The position numbers and the translations under genes were made by a program. A stretch of 64,000 nucleotides of DNA from Candidatus Micrarchaeota archaeon (GTDB lineage Archaea > Micrarchaeota > Micrarchaeia > Micrarchaeales > CABMGC01): the NCBI GenBank assembly GCA_027365175.1, contig DAHXNY010000003.1, positions 24,634 through 88,633 on the forward strand, given 5' to 3'. The notes under the pieces are model-generated. The model did no database searches and was not told the origin of the DNA. It worked only from the letters and a program-made list of their open reading frames with translations. Numbering within the stretch: the first letter of the stretch is position 1; each line of letters opens with the position of its first letter. Shown in pieces: positions 1 through 8,634 of this stretch.

Positions 1-6
1 AGATCC

Positions 7-300
7 ATGGAAATGGTAAGGAACAGGGATGCGAAGTTCGTCTGGCTCGGTGCGCATCCTCTGGACTATGTTGCAGGCATTCTTGAAGTTGACAAGAGCA
101 ATGTTATGAGGGCAGATGCTGGGGAGATAGAGAAAATAGGCAAGGCTGCAGCTGGAAAACTTGAGGGGCACATATTCGTATGCTATAACGGCGCTTTCTC
201 ATCTTCGGTATCGGATTACATGTGGGAAAAGCACGGAATCAACACATACGTGCTTCACGGCGGCATAGAAGAGCACAAGACAGCAGGAAAGAGCACATGA
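7..300 (+). CDS. Rhodanese-like domain protein (probably truncated by window edge)
   Basis: FVCYNGAFS (CxxGxxS) and YVLHGGI motifs typical of the rhodanese fold. Confidence 0.6.
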   Translation: MEMVRNRDAKFVWLGAHPLDYVAGILEVDKSNVMRADAGEIEKIGKAAAGKLEGHIFVCYNGAFSSSVSDYMWEKHGINTYVLHGGIEEHKTAGKST

Positions 301-384
301 ATAAATATGTAGATAAAGGCGTGGCATCCGACAAAGGACGCATGGTCTTTAGGGCGTGGCATTGCATATTAATATCAGATGTAA

Positions 385-705
385 ATGGAGATGGAAAGAA
401 ACGGCAATACTATAATCATGAAGGGCAAAGAACTTGACAGTTTAGATAGATTAGTGCTAGATTTTGTAAAGCTAATGCCATTCGACTATGTGATAATAAG
501 TGGCTATGCTGCAATACCTAAAGAAGTAAGAAAATTCTGCATAGAAGTAGAAAATGAATCGCACATGACACAAGCACTTCAGGACTTAAAAAGAGATGGT
601 TATAACGATGGAATAAGATCAGATGCGATGAGTTATGCAAGGGGCTTCTCGTGGGCCAAAACTGCCTTTAGAACTGCTGAGCTTTATAAACTCCATAATT
701 GTTAA
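385..705 (+). pseudogene. Probable chimeric remnant: nucleotidyltransferase-like N-terminus fused to glycosyltransferase family 4 C-terminus
   Basis: KELDSLDRLVLDFV...DYVIISGY resembles archaeal NTase-like starts; YARGFSWAKTAFRTAELYK resembles the terminal GT4 helix; too short for either family. Confidence 0.5.
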
Positions 706-766
706 GCTAGAAGTTCAACTACCGCCACGATGACAAGTCAAATTCTACGACGACAAAAAAGAGCCA

Positions 767-838
767 AGCCCTGAGAGGGAATTGAACCCCCGACTTCTTG
801 TTTACAAGACAAGCGCTCTACCACTGAGCTACCAGGGC
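767..838 (-). tRNA. tRNA-Thr(TGT), no intron, CCA not encoded
   Basis: Minus strand GCCCTGGTAGCTCAGTGGTAGAGCGCTTGTCTTGTAAACAAGAAGTCGGGGGTTCAATTCCCTCTCAGGGC folds as a cloverleaf with anticodon TGT. Confidence 0.96.
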
Positions 839-899
839 ATAATAAGGCTTTTGCTTTGTGTTAGACTACCACGATTAGAAGATATAAAAAACTGTCTGC

Positions 900-1205
900 T
901 CAGTCGCTTAGGAGTATGTCCTTGAAGGATCTGATGAAATACGCCTTTGCCCTCTTTACCTCATCCTTGCCGTCTTTTGTCAGCACGTATTTTATTATCT
1001 TTCCGTCCTTCTTCCCCTCTATGAGGCCGTTGTTCTTTAGCTCCTTCAGAGCAGGATATATGGTGCCTGCCTTTGGCTTTGCCCCCCTTCTTTTCTCTAT
1101 CTCTTCTGCCAGCTCCTCCCCATGCATGCTCTTCTTTGAAAGCAGCCACAGTATCTGAAACGAGAGCATTCCGCGCATGTCGCAGGTTCCGCATGTTTTC
1201 TTCAT
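900..1205 (-). CDS. PadR family transcriptional regulator with N-terminal CxxC
   Basis: MHGEEL...GTIYPALKEL...GLI...YVLTKDG winged-helix pattern. Confidence 0.9.
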   Translation of the reverse strand: MKKTCGTCDMRGMLSFQILWLLSKKSMHGEELAEEIEKRRGAKPKAGTIYPALKELKNNGLIEGKKDGKIIKYVLTKDGKDEVKRAKAYFIRSFKDILLSD

Positions 1206-1218
1206 TTTACTCGCAGTA

Positions 1219-1268
1219 TATAGGATAACCGATATATTTAAATACTATCTTTTATATGATATCCTATA
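1219..1268. promoter_or_regulatory. Divergent promoter with inverted repeat TATAGGATA/TATCCTATA flanking a TATA box; candidate PadR operator
   Basis: 9-bp inverted arms at 1219-1227 and 1260-1268 around ATATTTAAATA. Confidence 0.5.
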
Positions 1269-1278
1269 GGTGAGATGA

Positions 1279-1443
1279 ATGTGCGAATGTGGATCCGAAT
1301 GCGGATGCGGAGGAGGCCGTGGAATGAGAGGCTTCCTTACCAAGGAGGAAAGGATAGAGATTCTGAGCGAGTACAAGGAGCAGCTCGAAAAGGAGGCAAA
1401 GGGTGTAGACGAAAGGATAAAGGAGCTTAAGAAAAATGCCTGA
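1279..1443 (+). CDS. Small Cys-rich coiled-coil protein (DUF5320-like), 54 aa, absent from ORF track
   Basis: MCECGSECGCGGGRGMRGFLTKEERIEILSEYKEQLEKEAKGVDERIKELKKNA; GGTGA RBS upstream, T-rich tract downstream. Confidence 0.8.
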   Translation: MCECGSECGCGGGRGMRGFLTKEERIEILSEYKEQLEKEAKGVDERIKELKKNA

Positions 1444-1601
1444 TTTCCTGATCAGTTAATCTATAATCGTGATTTGTTTCTTTTAGTTCCACGTTGTAGG
1501 ATATTTCTTTTATTTCCCTTGTTTACCTTATTTCTTTTGTTTCCCTTATCTTTTATTTTTAATTTCTTTTATCTTCTGCCAGGTTTATAGCGCGTGAGGG
1601 T

Positions 1602-2042
1602 TCACATGCTCCTGTCTGCGAAGAACTTCTTGCTGCTCTTTGTCCTTAATCCTTTTACTATGTGGTCGAAGGCCTTTTCAGGATCAGATTCCATTCCGCA
1701 GGTATAGAGGTCAAGAGTCGCATAGTTGTACTCCTTCCATATATGGAGCGCAACGTGGCTCTCTGTTATGAGTGCTATTACGCTTATGCCGCCTTTCTTG
1801 CCTCCGAAGGACCATGCCTTCACCTCTACCAGGGTCATGCCCGCCATGTTTATCGCATCGGTTACCAGCTTCTTCAGGTACTCCATGTCATCCATGCGCT
1901 TCATGTCCAGGTCATACAGGTTACCGTAGAAGTGCTTGCCGATTATCTTGTCTTCTACCTTTATTTCATCTTTCTCAGGAAGAGTTGAGCCGACAACCTT
2001 TGTTATCGTCTTGGTCTTTGCTTTTTCCAGATCGCCATTCAT
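1602..2042 (-). CDS. Pyruvoyl-dependent decarboxylase of the AdoMetDC fold, likely crenarchaeal-type arginine decarboxylase
   Basis: ESH self-cleavage site and YTCG motif; [25 protein letters not shown] recalls Sulfolobus ArgDC. Confidence 0.85.
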   Translation of the reverse strand: MNGDLEKAKTKTITKVVGSTLPEKDEIKVEDKIIGKHFYGNLYDLDMKRMDDMEYLKKLVTDAINMAGMTLVEVKAWSFGGKKGGISVIALITESHVALHIWKEYNYATLDLYTCGMESDPEKAFDHIVKGLRTKSSKKFFADRSM

Positions 2043-2177
2043 CTTTATCGATTGCCTTGTTTTATTCTTGATTAAACCGTTTGATTAATTGAATGCTGAT
2101 AATGGGTATAGAAACATATTTAAATATAATTATCAGGAGCCTTTCTATTAATACGTATTTTTGTTGAAAGGATATCC

Positions 2178-4295
2178 ATGAAGATAATTGAGCTGCAGGG
2201 GAAGCTCCCTGAAGAGGTCCTTGAGTCGTTTAGGAAGCGGGGGATAGCTGAGCTTACCCCTCCGCAGGCGCTGGCAGTAGAGTATGGACTTCTTGAAGGA
2301 AAGGACTTCGTGGTAGCTGCGCCTACGGCAAGCGGCAAGACGCTGATAGCTGAGATGGCAATGCTCAGGAGCGTGATGCGCGGGAGGAAGAAGGCGATAT
2401 ATGTGGCGCCCATGCGAGCGCTTGTGAGCGAGAAGTACCATGAGTTCAAGGAGGCGTATCCTGGAATAAAGGTTGCCATGTCCATAGGCGACCTGGATTC
2501 GCTTGACAGCTGGCTTCACGAGTATCAGATAATATTGGCTTCCACGGAAAAGCTCGACAGCCTGATAAGGCACGGGGCGGAGTGGCTTGACACTGTAGGC
2601 TGCATAGTCTTTGACGAGGTGCATATGCTTGATGATTCTACAAGGGGGCCTACGCTGGAGATCCTTATGACAAGGCTGAAGAGAGTTGCAAAGGATTCGC
2701 AGATAGTGGCGCTGAGTGCGACTGTGGGGAATGCCAGGGAGCTCGCGGAGTGGCTCGGGAGCGAGCTGATAGAGAGCGATTACAGGCCTGTAGAGCTCAG
2801 GAAGGGCATAGAGCAGAACGGAACCATCTATTATGCTGATGGGGAAGAGGCGGTTGATAACGGCAGCAAGCTTGCCGAGATAAGGATAGCTGCGAATACC
2901 TTTGGTATGCATAAGCAGATACTCCTCTTCTACAGCACAAAGAGGAATACAGAGGCTGGTGCGGAGAGACTCTCCCTTCTCACTTCATCTGTGCTCAGCC
3001 AGGAGGAGAAGCTTAAGCTCAGCGAGGTCTCTGCGCGCATATTAGGGGCTCTTGGAAGGCCTACGACGCAGTGCGAGAAGCTCGCAAGGTTCGTTGAGAA
3101 AGGAGTTGCCTTCCATCATAGCGGGCTGGTGAACGAGCAGAGGCACGCCGTTGAGGAAGCATTCAAGGAAGGGCTGATAAAGGCGATATGCTCCACCACC
3201 ACTCTGGGCATGGGAGTAAACCTTCCCGCACATACAGTAGTTGTAAGAGATACCGTAAGATACGATGCGGAATATGGAAGCGTGCGCATGGGCGTCAATG
3301 TCGTAACGCAGTTGTTCGGCAGAGCGGGCCGCCCGAAGTATGACAGGATGGGCAGAGCCCTGCTCATAGCTAAATCCAAGGAGGATATGCGCAGCTTGTA
3401 CGAGAGATACATTGACGGGGAATTGGAGCCGGTGGAATCGAAGCTTGGGATGGAGAGCGTTCTGAGGACGCACCTTCTCTCCTTCATAGCGACTAAATTC
3501 CTCACAAGCAAAGAGTCGATATCTGATTTCATGGCAGGCACCTTCTACGGCTACCAGTATGCGGACATGAATGACCTGAACAGGATAATAGGCAGGGTTC
3601 TGAAGGAGCTGCAGGAGTGGAACTTCATAGAGAGCTATGGGAGCTTGTACAGGGCGACGAAAGTAGGCGAGCGCGTAAGCGAGCTGTACATAGATCCTAT
3701 GTCTGGCAAGTGGATGATTGACTCACTACCTAAGGCAAAGGACAGCATATCCATATTATTCATGATCTCCAATACGATAGAGATGCGGCCTTATGTCAAG
3801 ATAGTTGAGGAGGCGGAGGAACGGTTCTTCGGTTACCAGCAGATGATAGAGAGCGAAGGAGGATACATACTCTCCGAGGACATAGGCTATTATGATCCGC
3901 TTAAGCCTTTTTCGACGTCGATAATGCTGAACGACTGGATAAGCGAGAAGCATGAACAGGAGATAACGCAGAAGTACGGGACGACTCCCGGGGCCCTTTA
4001 TACAAAGATAAACAATGCGGACTGGCTGCTATACTCAGCGTCTGAACTGGGAAAGCTTCTCAAGGTGAGCTCCAGGAAGCTGACAGAGGTGAGGGTGAGG
4101 ATGAGGTATGGAATAAAGGAGGAGTTGATGGACCTCGTAAGGCTTGAGGGAATAGGAAGGGTCAGGGCGCGTCTTCTGTTCATGAATGGAATTCCAGACG
4201 TTAAAAGCCTCAGGAAAGCTGGCGCGAAGGAGAAGGTGGAGAGGCTTCTTGGCAGGGAAATCGCAAAAAGAGTGTACGAACAGCTCAGCGAGTAG
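2178..4295 (+). CDS. hel308: Hel308/Ski2-like SF2 DNA helicase
   Basis: APTASGKT, DEVH, LSAT, QLFGRAGRP, C-terminal GIGRVRAR. Confidence 0.93.
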   Translation: MKIIELQGKLPEEVLESFRKRGIAELTPPQALAVEYGLLEGKDFVVAAPTASGKTLIAEMAMLRSVMRGRKKAIYVAPMRALVSEKYHEFKEAYPGIKVAMSIGDLDSLDSWLHEYQIILASTEKLDSLIRHGAEWLDTVGCIVFDEVHMLDDSTRGPTLEILMTRLKRVAKDSQIVALSATVGNARELAEWLGSELIESDYRPVELRKGIEQNGTIYYADGEEAVDNGSKLAEIRIAANTFGMHKQILLFYSTKRNTEAGAERLSLLTSSVLSQEEKLKLSEVSARILGALGRPTTQCEKLARFVEKGVAFHHSGLVNEQRHAVEEAFKEGLIKAICSTTTLGMGVNLPAHTVVVRDTVRYDAEYGSVRMGVNVVTQLFGRAGRPKYDRMGRALLIAKSKEDMRSLYERYIDGELEPVESKLGMESVLRTHLLSFIATKFLTSKESISDFMAGTFYGYQYADMNDLNRIIGRVLKELQEWNFIESYGSLYRATKVGERVSELYIDPMSGKWMIDSLPKAKDSISILFMISNTIEMRPYVKIVEEAEERFFGYQQMIESEGGYILSEDIGYYDPLKPFSTSIMLNDWISEKHEQEITQKYGTTPGALYTKINNADWLLYSASELGKLLKVSSRKLTEVRVRMRYGIKEELMDLVRLEGIGRVRARLLFMNGIPDVKSLRKAGAKEKVERLLGREIAKRVYEQLSE

Positions 4296-4393
4296 CGAAT
4301 TTCCTCGTGTAATTCCGCTAATGGGATTTATAGAAAGCTTAATAAAAATGAGCAAGTATTATTAGTTCAGTTTTAAGGCGACTGGTGAAAAAA

Positions 4394-4762
4394 ATGGGAG
4401 TTTTTGATAAGCTGGGCCAGACATTCGGCTCACAGAGCAAGGACATGGATCTCGGAGACTACATGAGCGCTGTAGAGATGGAAGATGTAGACGTAATGCA
4501 CGAACCTGCAGATATGTACATCAAGCCTGTATCTATATCAAGCGAGGATGAAGTCAAGTCTGTTGAGGACGAAGTTTCCAAGAAGAACATAATACTTCTG
4601 GATATAACGGAGCTTAACAAGCGACCTACGACAAGGAGCAATGTAATATCAGAGCTGAAGAGATTCACTGCAAAGATAAACGGGGACATAGGGCAGATAG
4701 ACCAGACAAGGATACTGCTGACCCCTGCAAAGATAAAGATAATAAAGAGAAAGAAGCAGTAA
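4394..4762 (+). CDS. sepF: Archaeal cell division protein SepF
   Basis: Amphipathic MGVFDKL start; NIILLDI, INGDIGQI, ILLTP core; ATG at 4394 follows GGTGA. Confidence 0.85.
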   Translation: MGVFDKLGQTFGSQSKDMDLGDYMSAVEMEDVDVMHEPADMYIKPVSISSEDEVKSVEDEVSKKNIILLDITELNKRPTTRSNVISELKRFTAKINGDIGQIDQTRILLTPAKIKIIKRKKQ

Positions 4763-5452
4763 TCACTTCTTCAGGGCGGTTATAAGCGCGTGCACCTCAG
4801 TGCCGCTTGGCTGCGAAGCGCGTACCATTCTCCGGAATACTGCGCTCACAGCCTTTTTGTTTCTTATCCTTTTCTTTTCAAGAGAGCTATCGAAGATTCT
4901 GAACAGGTACTCCAGCTCCTTCTTCTCCACCTTCCTGTTTGATATGTCCCTGTACAAGGGGACGAAGTCCTGTTTTGTGAACTCATAGAGTATCAGGGCA
5001 AGGGCGTGAGAGATGTTTAGCACAGGATATCTCTTAGAAGTGCCTATGTACATCACCATGTCGCATCCTTCCACCTCCTCTGCGCTTAGCCCGGTGTCAT
5101 CCCTCCCTATCAGCACGCCTATTACCGCTTTTTCATCGAGCTTCTTCAGCTTTGCAGCGGAGTCCTGAAGGAGAAGGATGCGCTTGAAGGTGCGGTTTGC
5201 CTTCTCCCATATCCCTGTCGTCCCTATCACCAGGGAGCACTCCTTTGTAGCCTCTTCTATGCTATCGTATACCTTTGCATTCTTCAGCAGATGGCTTGCG
5301 TGCTTTGAGAACATTATCGCCTTGCTTCCCGTAATCTTTGCCCTTGGCTTTACGAAGTATAGCTTGTTTATCCCGAAGTTCATCGACACTCTTGCTATAT
5401 AACCGATGTTTATCTGGTACTTCGGCTCTACGAGTATTATCTTGAAGCGCAT
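4763..5452 (-). CDS. trmJ: SPOUT RNA methyltransferase, TrmJ/LasT family
   Basis: ILVEPKYQINIGYIAR, IGRDDTGLS, YPVLNISHA; likely start MRFKIIL. Confidence 0.85.
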   Translation of the reverse strand: MRFKIILVEPKYQINIGYIARVSMNFGINKLYFVKPRAKITGSKAIMFSKHASHLLKNAKVYDSIEEATKECSLVIGTTGIWEKANRTFKRILLLQDSAAKLKKLDEKAVIGVLIGRDDTGLSAEEVEGCDMVMYIGTSKRYPVLNISHALALILYEFTKQDFVPLYRDISNRKVEKKELEYLFRIFDSSLEKKRIRNKKAVSAVFRRMVRASQPSGTEVHALITALKK

Positions 5453-5457
5453 CTTTA

Positions 5458-6225
5458 TCAGTGGATTAGGATTATACTTAGTATGGCAAGGACGCCTATG
5501 GAGTTGACAAGGATATGGGCGAGCATGCTCGGATACAATGAATCGGATTCGCTGAACACATATCCTGCAATCAGTCCGAAGAGCGTCGCAGCCACTACCT
5601 CTATTGCAAAGGTTGAGTCGTAGCTCGCATGAAGCAGCCCGAAGACCACTGCACTTGCCACTATGCCTGCCCATACGGGTCTGTAGCTCCTTTTAAGCAG
5701 TGATGAGCCTATGGCCCCTGTGCCTATGTTTATCCTTTTTATGAGGAAGCCCCTGAAGAATATCTCCTCGTTTATAGGCTCTATGACTGCGACGAATATG
5801 TAGAACCATAACGGAGCTCCTGTGAAGAGCACGCCGGTGTTTGTGTTTATGGCGGTATTCAGGAAGTTACCAAAGGCGCCTACCGCAACCTCAAGCATAA
5901 GTATTATGATGAATAATAGCATTCCTATCCACAGCACATTTACTGATATCCTGTCCTTTGACAGTCCCAGGAAGCCCAGCGTCTCCTTCAGGCTCTCCCT
6001 CTTGTAGAGCTTCCCGTATAGGAATACGGCTACAGACAGGGATAGCAATGAGGCCACTTCAAGGATAAATGTCAGGGTATTGTTTGATATCAGGCCGACC
6101 GAGTATGCACCGTATGAGATAAGGCTGAGCACGCTGATGGATACGATATACAGCGCAAAATATATTGCTATTGAGAAGATAGAACGTCCTGATTCCTGCC
6201 GCAGGTTATATCCCAAAAGGCGCAC
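5458..6225 (-). CDS. CPBP (CAAX/Abi) family intramembrane metalloprotease
   Basis: EEIFFRG, FGLLH, AHILVN motifs and multiple TM segments. Confidence 0.9.
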   Translation of the reverse strand: MRLLGYNLRQESGRSIFSIAIYFALYIVSISVLSLISYGAYSVGLISNNTLTFILEVASLLSLSVAVFLYGKLYKRESLKETLGFLGLSKDRISVNVLWIGMLLFIIILMLEVAVGAFGNFLNTAINTNTGVLFTGAPLWFYIFVAVIEPINEEIFFRGFLIKRINIGTGAIGSSLLKRSYRPVWAGIVASAVVFGLLHASYDSTFAIEVVAATLFGLIAGYVFSESDSLYPSMLAHILVNSIGVLAILSIILIH

Positions 6226-6363
6226 CTATTTGCCCTTGAACTCGGTGTATCTGCACTTGCCGCACGCATATCTGTCCTTGTGGTCGGCCATGCGGGCACC
6301 GCACTTGGGGCAGTACTTCGCCCCCGGTTTGTATACAGCTGCCTTCTTTCCCTCTTTTGCCAT
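6226..6363 (-). CDS. rps27ae: 30S ribosomal protein S27ae (eS31), 45 aa, absent from ORF track
   Basis: [45 protein letters not shown]; directly follows S24e as in the conserved order. Confidence 0.92.
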   Translation of the reverse strand: MAKEGKKAAVYKPGAKYCPKCGARMADHKDRYACGKCRYTEFKGK

Positions 6364-6379
6364 GTTAATCATCTAAAAA

Positions 6380-6733
6380 TCATTCAGCCCCTTCTGCCTT
6401 TTCAGCAGGCTTGGCTTCTTCTGCCGCTTCCTGCTTTGCAGGCGCTGCTCCTTTTGCAAGTGCCTCCTTCTTCTTTGCAGAGAGCTTGAATGCCCCTCTC
6501 TTCTTTGCCTCAGGAGTAAGGTATGCATATGCGGTTATTGTGCATCTCTTCTGTCCGTAATCCTGGTCGACGCTCACTATCTCTACCATCTCAGGATCAA
6601 GATTCTTCTTCTTGCATAGCTCCTCCTTGACCTGCTGCCGTGTGGGCGTTTTGTCCTTGAAGGTTGCTTCTGCCTTTATCTCATTCCTTTCAAACAGCTT
6701 GTTTTCGTGCTCTTTCTCTATTTTCAATTCCAT
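6380..6733 (-). CDS. rps24e: 30S ribosomal protein S24e
   Basis: ENKLFERNEI...TPTR...YG motifs; Ala/Lys/Glu-rich tail. Confidence 0.88.
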   Translation of the reverse strand: MELKIEKEHENKLFERNEIKAEATFKDKTPTRQQVKEELCKKKNLDPEMVEIVSVDQDYGQKRCTITAYAYLTPEAKKRGAFKLSAKKKEALAKGAAPAKQEAAEEAKPAEKAEGAE

Positions 6734-7138
6734 CTAACCGCCCATTACTCTTGATATAGCTCTTCTTCCTGACGCTTCCATTATCTCTATCTCCGCCCCT
6801 GCCTTGACGCTGCCCTTCATGTCCTCAGGTATCGGCAGGTCGAAGGTCTCATAGCTCTCCAGGTCCATAACCTGCGCAGTTGTGTCTGTAACTGATACAA
6901 TCTGTCCTTTCTTCTTTGTTATTACAGGTACCTCTATGTCTCCGGAGCTCGGCTTCAGAAGGGTCTTCTTCTGCCCATCGAAGATGCCTATGCCCGTTAT
7001 TCGCATCTTTGCAGCTCCGTGCTTTCCAGGTGCAGAGGTCTCTATGTCTACCACCCTGCACGCTATACCGTCTATCATGACGAAGCGACCTATCTTTAGG
7101 TCCTTCATAGTTCCATAAGTTATTTCGTCTGTCACCAA
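6734..7138 (-). CDS. eif5a: Translation factor aIF5A
   Basis: SAPGKHGAAK hypusine loop. Confidence 0.96.
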   Translation of the reverse strand: MVTDEITYGTMKDLKIGRFVMIDGIACRVVDIETSAPGKHGAAKMRITGIGIFDGQKKTLLKPSSGDIEVPVITKKKGQIVSVTDTTAQVMDLESYETFDLPIPEDMKGSVKAGAEIEIMEASGRRAISRVMGG

Positions 7139-7219
7139 ACCAGCTTCTCAAAAGTTTTACTGATAAAACAAGTAAACCTGTTTTCCATAGGAGTATTAAC
7201 TAAGAAAAATTTATAAATA
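7094..7219 (+). repeat. Left copy of perfect 126-bp direct repeat (aIF5A 5' codons plus upstream region)
   Basis: Identical to 10318-10443 (CTTTAGGTCCTTCATAG...AATTTATAAATA). Confidence 0.97.
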
Positions 7220-7309
7220 GGGATACATGAACGCATGTGAGAGCCAGAAACTTATAAGTATCATGTAAAACAATTATGTAATGCAGATTTAATAACCAAG
7301 TATGATAAA

Positions 7310-8020
7310 ATGACAAAGTATAAAACAGGAGAAGTTCTTGGAATAATTCCTACGCGAGGAGGTTCTAAAGGGTTGGAAAACAAGAATGTCAGATTTCTAG
7401 ACGGAAAACCGTTAATAGCTTATACTATCGAAGCGGCTCGGGATTGCAAGGATATTGCAAAATTGGTCGTATCTACAGATAACAATACGATAGAGGAAGT
7501 TTCAAAGAAATATAATGTTGATGTATTTAGACATCCTCATGAGTTATCGTTAGATGGCAAGCCCACATTTCCTGTTATACAATATGTTGTAAAGAATTTA
7601 GTTGAGTCCGGAGAAAAGTTTGAACTTGTAGCTGTCATGCGTGCAACTACTCCTCTTAGGACATCTGAAGATATATCCAAGGCAATAACATTGCTTCGCA
7701 AAACTGGAGCAGATTCTGTAGTAAGCGTGGTTGCCGACCCAACTGCACATCCTATAAGACTTAAAAACCTTGATAGAGATTTAAGAGTATCATCGTTACA
7801 GAGTGGTGAAGAGGATTCTCCGATAATCCGTCAGAATCTCCCAGTAGTTTATAGACGTAATGGGGGAGTTTATGTAACAAGAGTTTCCATTATTTTAAAT
7901 GGCAGTTTATTTGGCAAAGACTCTAGAGGATATGTAATGCCTAAAGAGAGATCGGTTAATATTAATGATGAGGTAGATTTTGTATTAGCTGATGCGTTGT
8001 TGAAATCGCATCACAAATAA
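7310..8020 (+). CDS. Acylneuraminate (NeuA/CMAS-type) cytidylyltransferase
   Basis: IIPTRGGSKGLENKN, GKPLIAYTI, VSTD, TTPLR, INDEVDF. Confidence 0.92.
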   Translation: MTKYKTGEVLGIIPTRGGSKGLENKNVRFLDGKPLIAYTIEAARDCKDIAKLVVSTDNNTIEEVSKKYNVDVFRHPHELSLDGKPTFPVIQYVVKNLVESGEKFELVAVMRATTPLRTSEDISKAITLLRKTGADSVVSVVADPTAHPIRLKNLDRDLRVSSLQSGEEDSPIIRQNLPVVYRRNGGVYVTRVSIILNGSLFGKDSRGYVMPKERSVNINDEVDFVLADALLKSHHK

Positions 8021-8049
8021 GTTAATATTAGTAAAGCATAGGCAGCAAC

Positions 8050-8634
8050 ATGGTAGTAAAAATATTATTGCTTGATATTGGAGGGATTTTCTTTTACCCG
8101 AATTGGCGAATAAAAGGCATAAGAGAAGTTAGCGATAAGCTGCATGTTGGCTTAAATGATTTCAAAGCAGCTTTGGACGCGTATAAAAAACCTTTTTATA
8201 CAGGAAATATGACCGAGGATATATATTGGACAAACATACTTGAAAGGCTAAATGTCTACAGTGTGAAGCCAGATGACCTTGTGAATTTATATAGAGATTA
8301 TGTAAAACCAATTCCGGAAGCTATAAACCTGCTGCCCAAATTGTCTTCGAGATACAAATTGATATCTTTTAATAATTCCTCGAGAGAATGGATGGATTAT
8401 AGAATAAATGTTGCTTCTTTGGATAAATATTTTTCAGAGTTTTTCACGTCAGGATATCTTGGCTATACAAAATCAGATAACAGGATGTATGAAAAGGCTA
8501 TACTATCTTATAATAAAGATGAATTATTTTATTTGGATGATAATGAAGAGTATATATCAAAAGCAAAAACAATATGCGGAATAAATGGTAAAGTGTATTT
8601 GAATAACACTGATCTCCTGCAATTAATAGCGTAA
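8050..8634 (+). CDS. HAD-superfamily phosphatase (YihX-like)
   Basis: LLDIGGIF motif I, GYTK motif III, YLDDN motif IV. Confidence 0.85.
   Translation: MVVKILLLDIGGIFFYPNWRIKGIREVSDKLHVGLNDFKAALDAYKKPFYTGNMTEDIYWTNILERLNVYSVKPDDLVNLYRDYVKPIPEAINLLPKLSSRYKLISFNNSSREWMDYRINVASLDKYFSEFFTSGYLGYTKSDNRMYEKAILSYNKDELFYLDDNEEYISKAKTICGINGKVYLNNTDLLQLIA

Noticed and set aside
1470-1575. Pyrimidine-rich quasi-repeats
   Set aside because: Consistent with archaeal oligo-T termination between convergent genes; no defined unit
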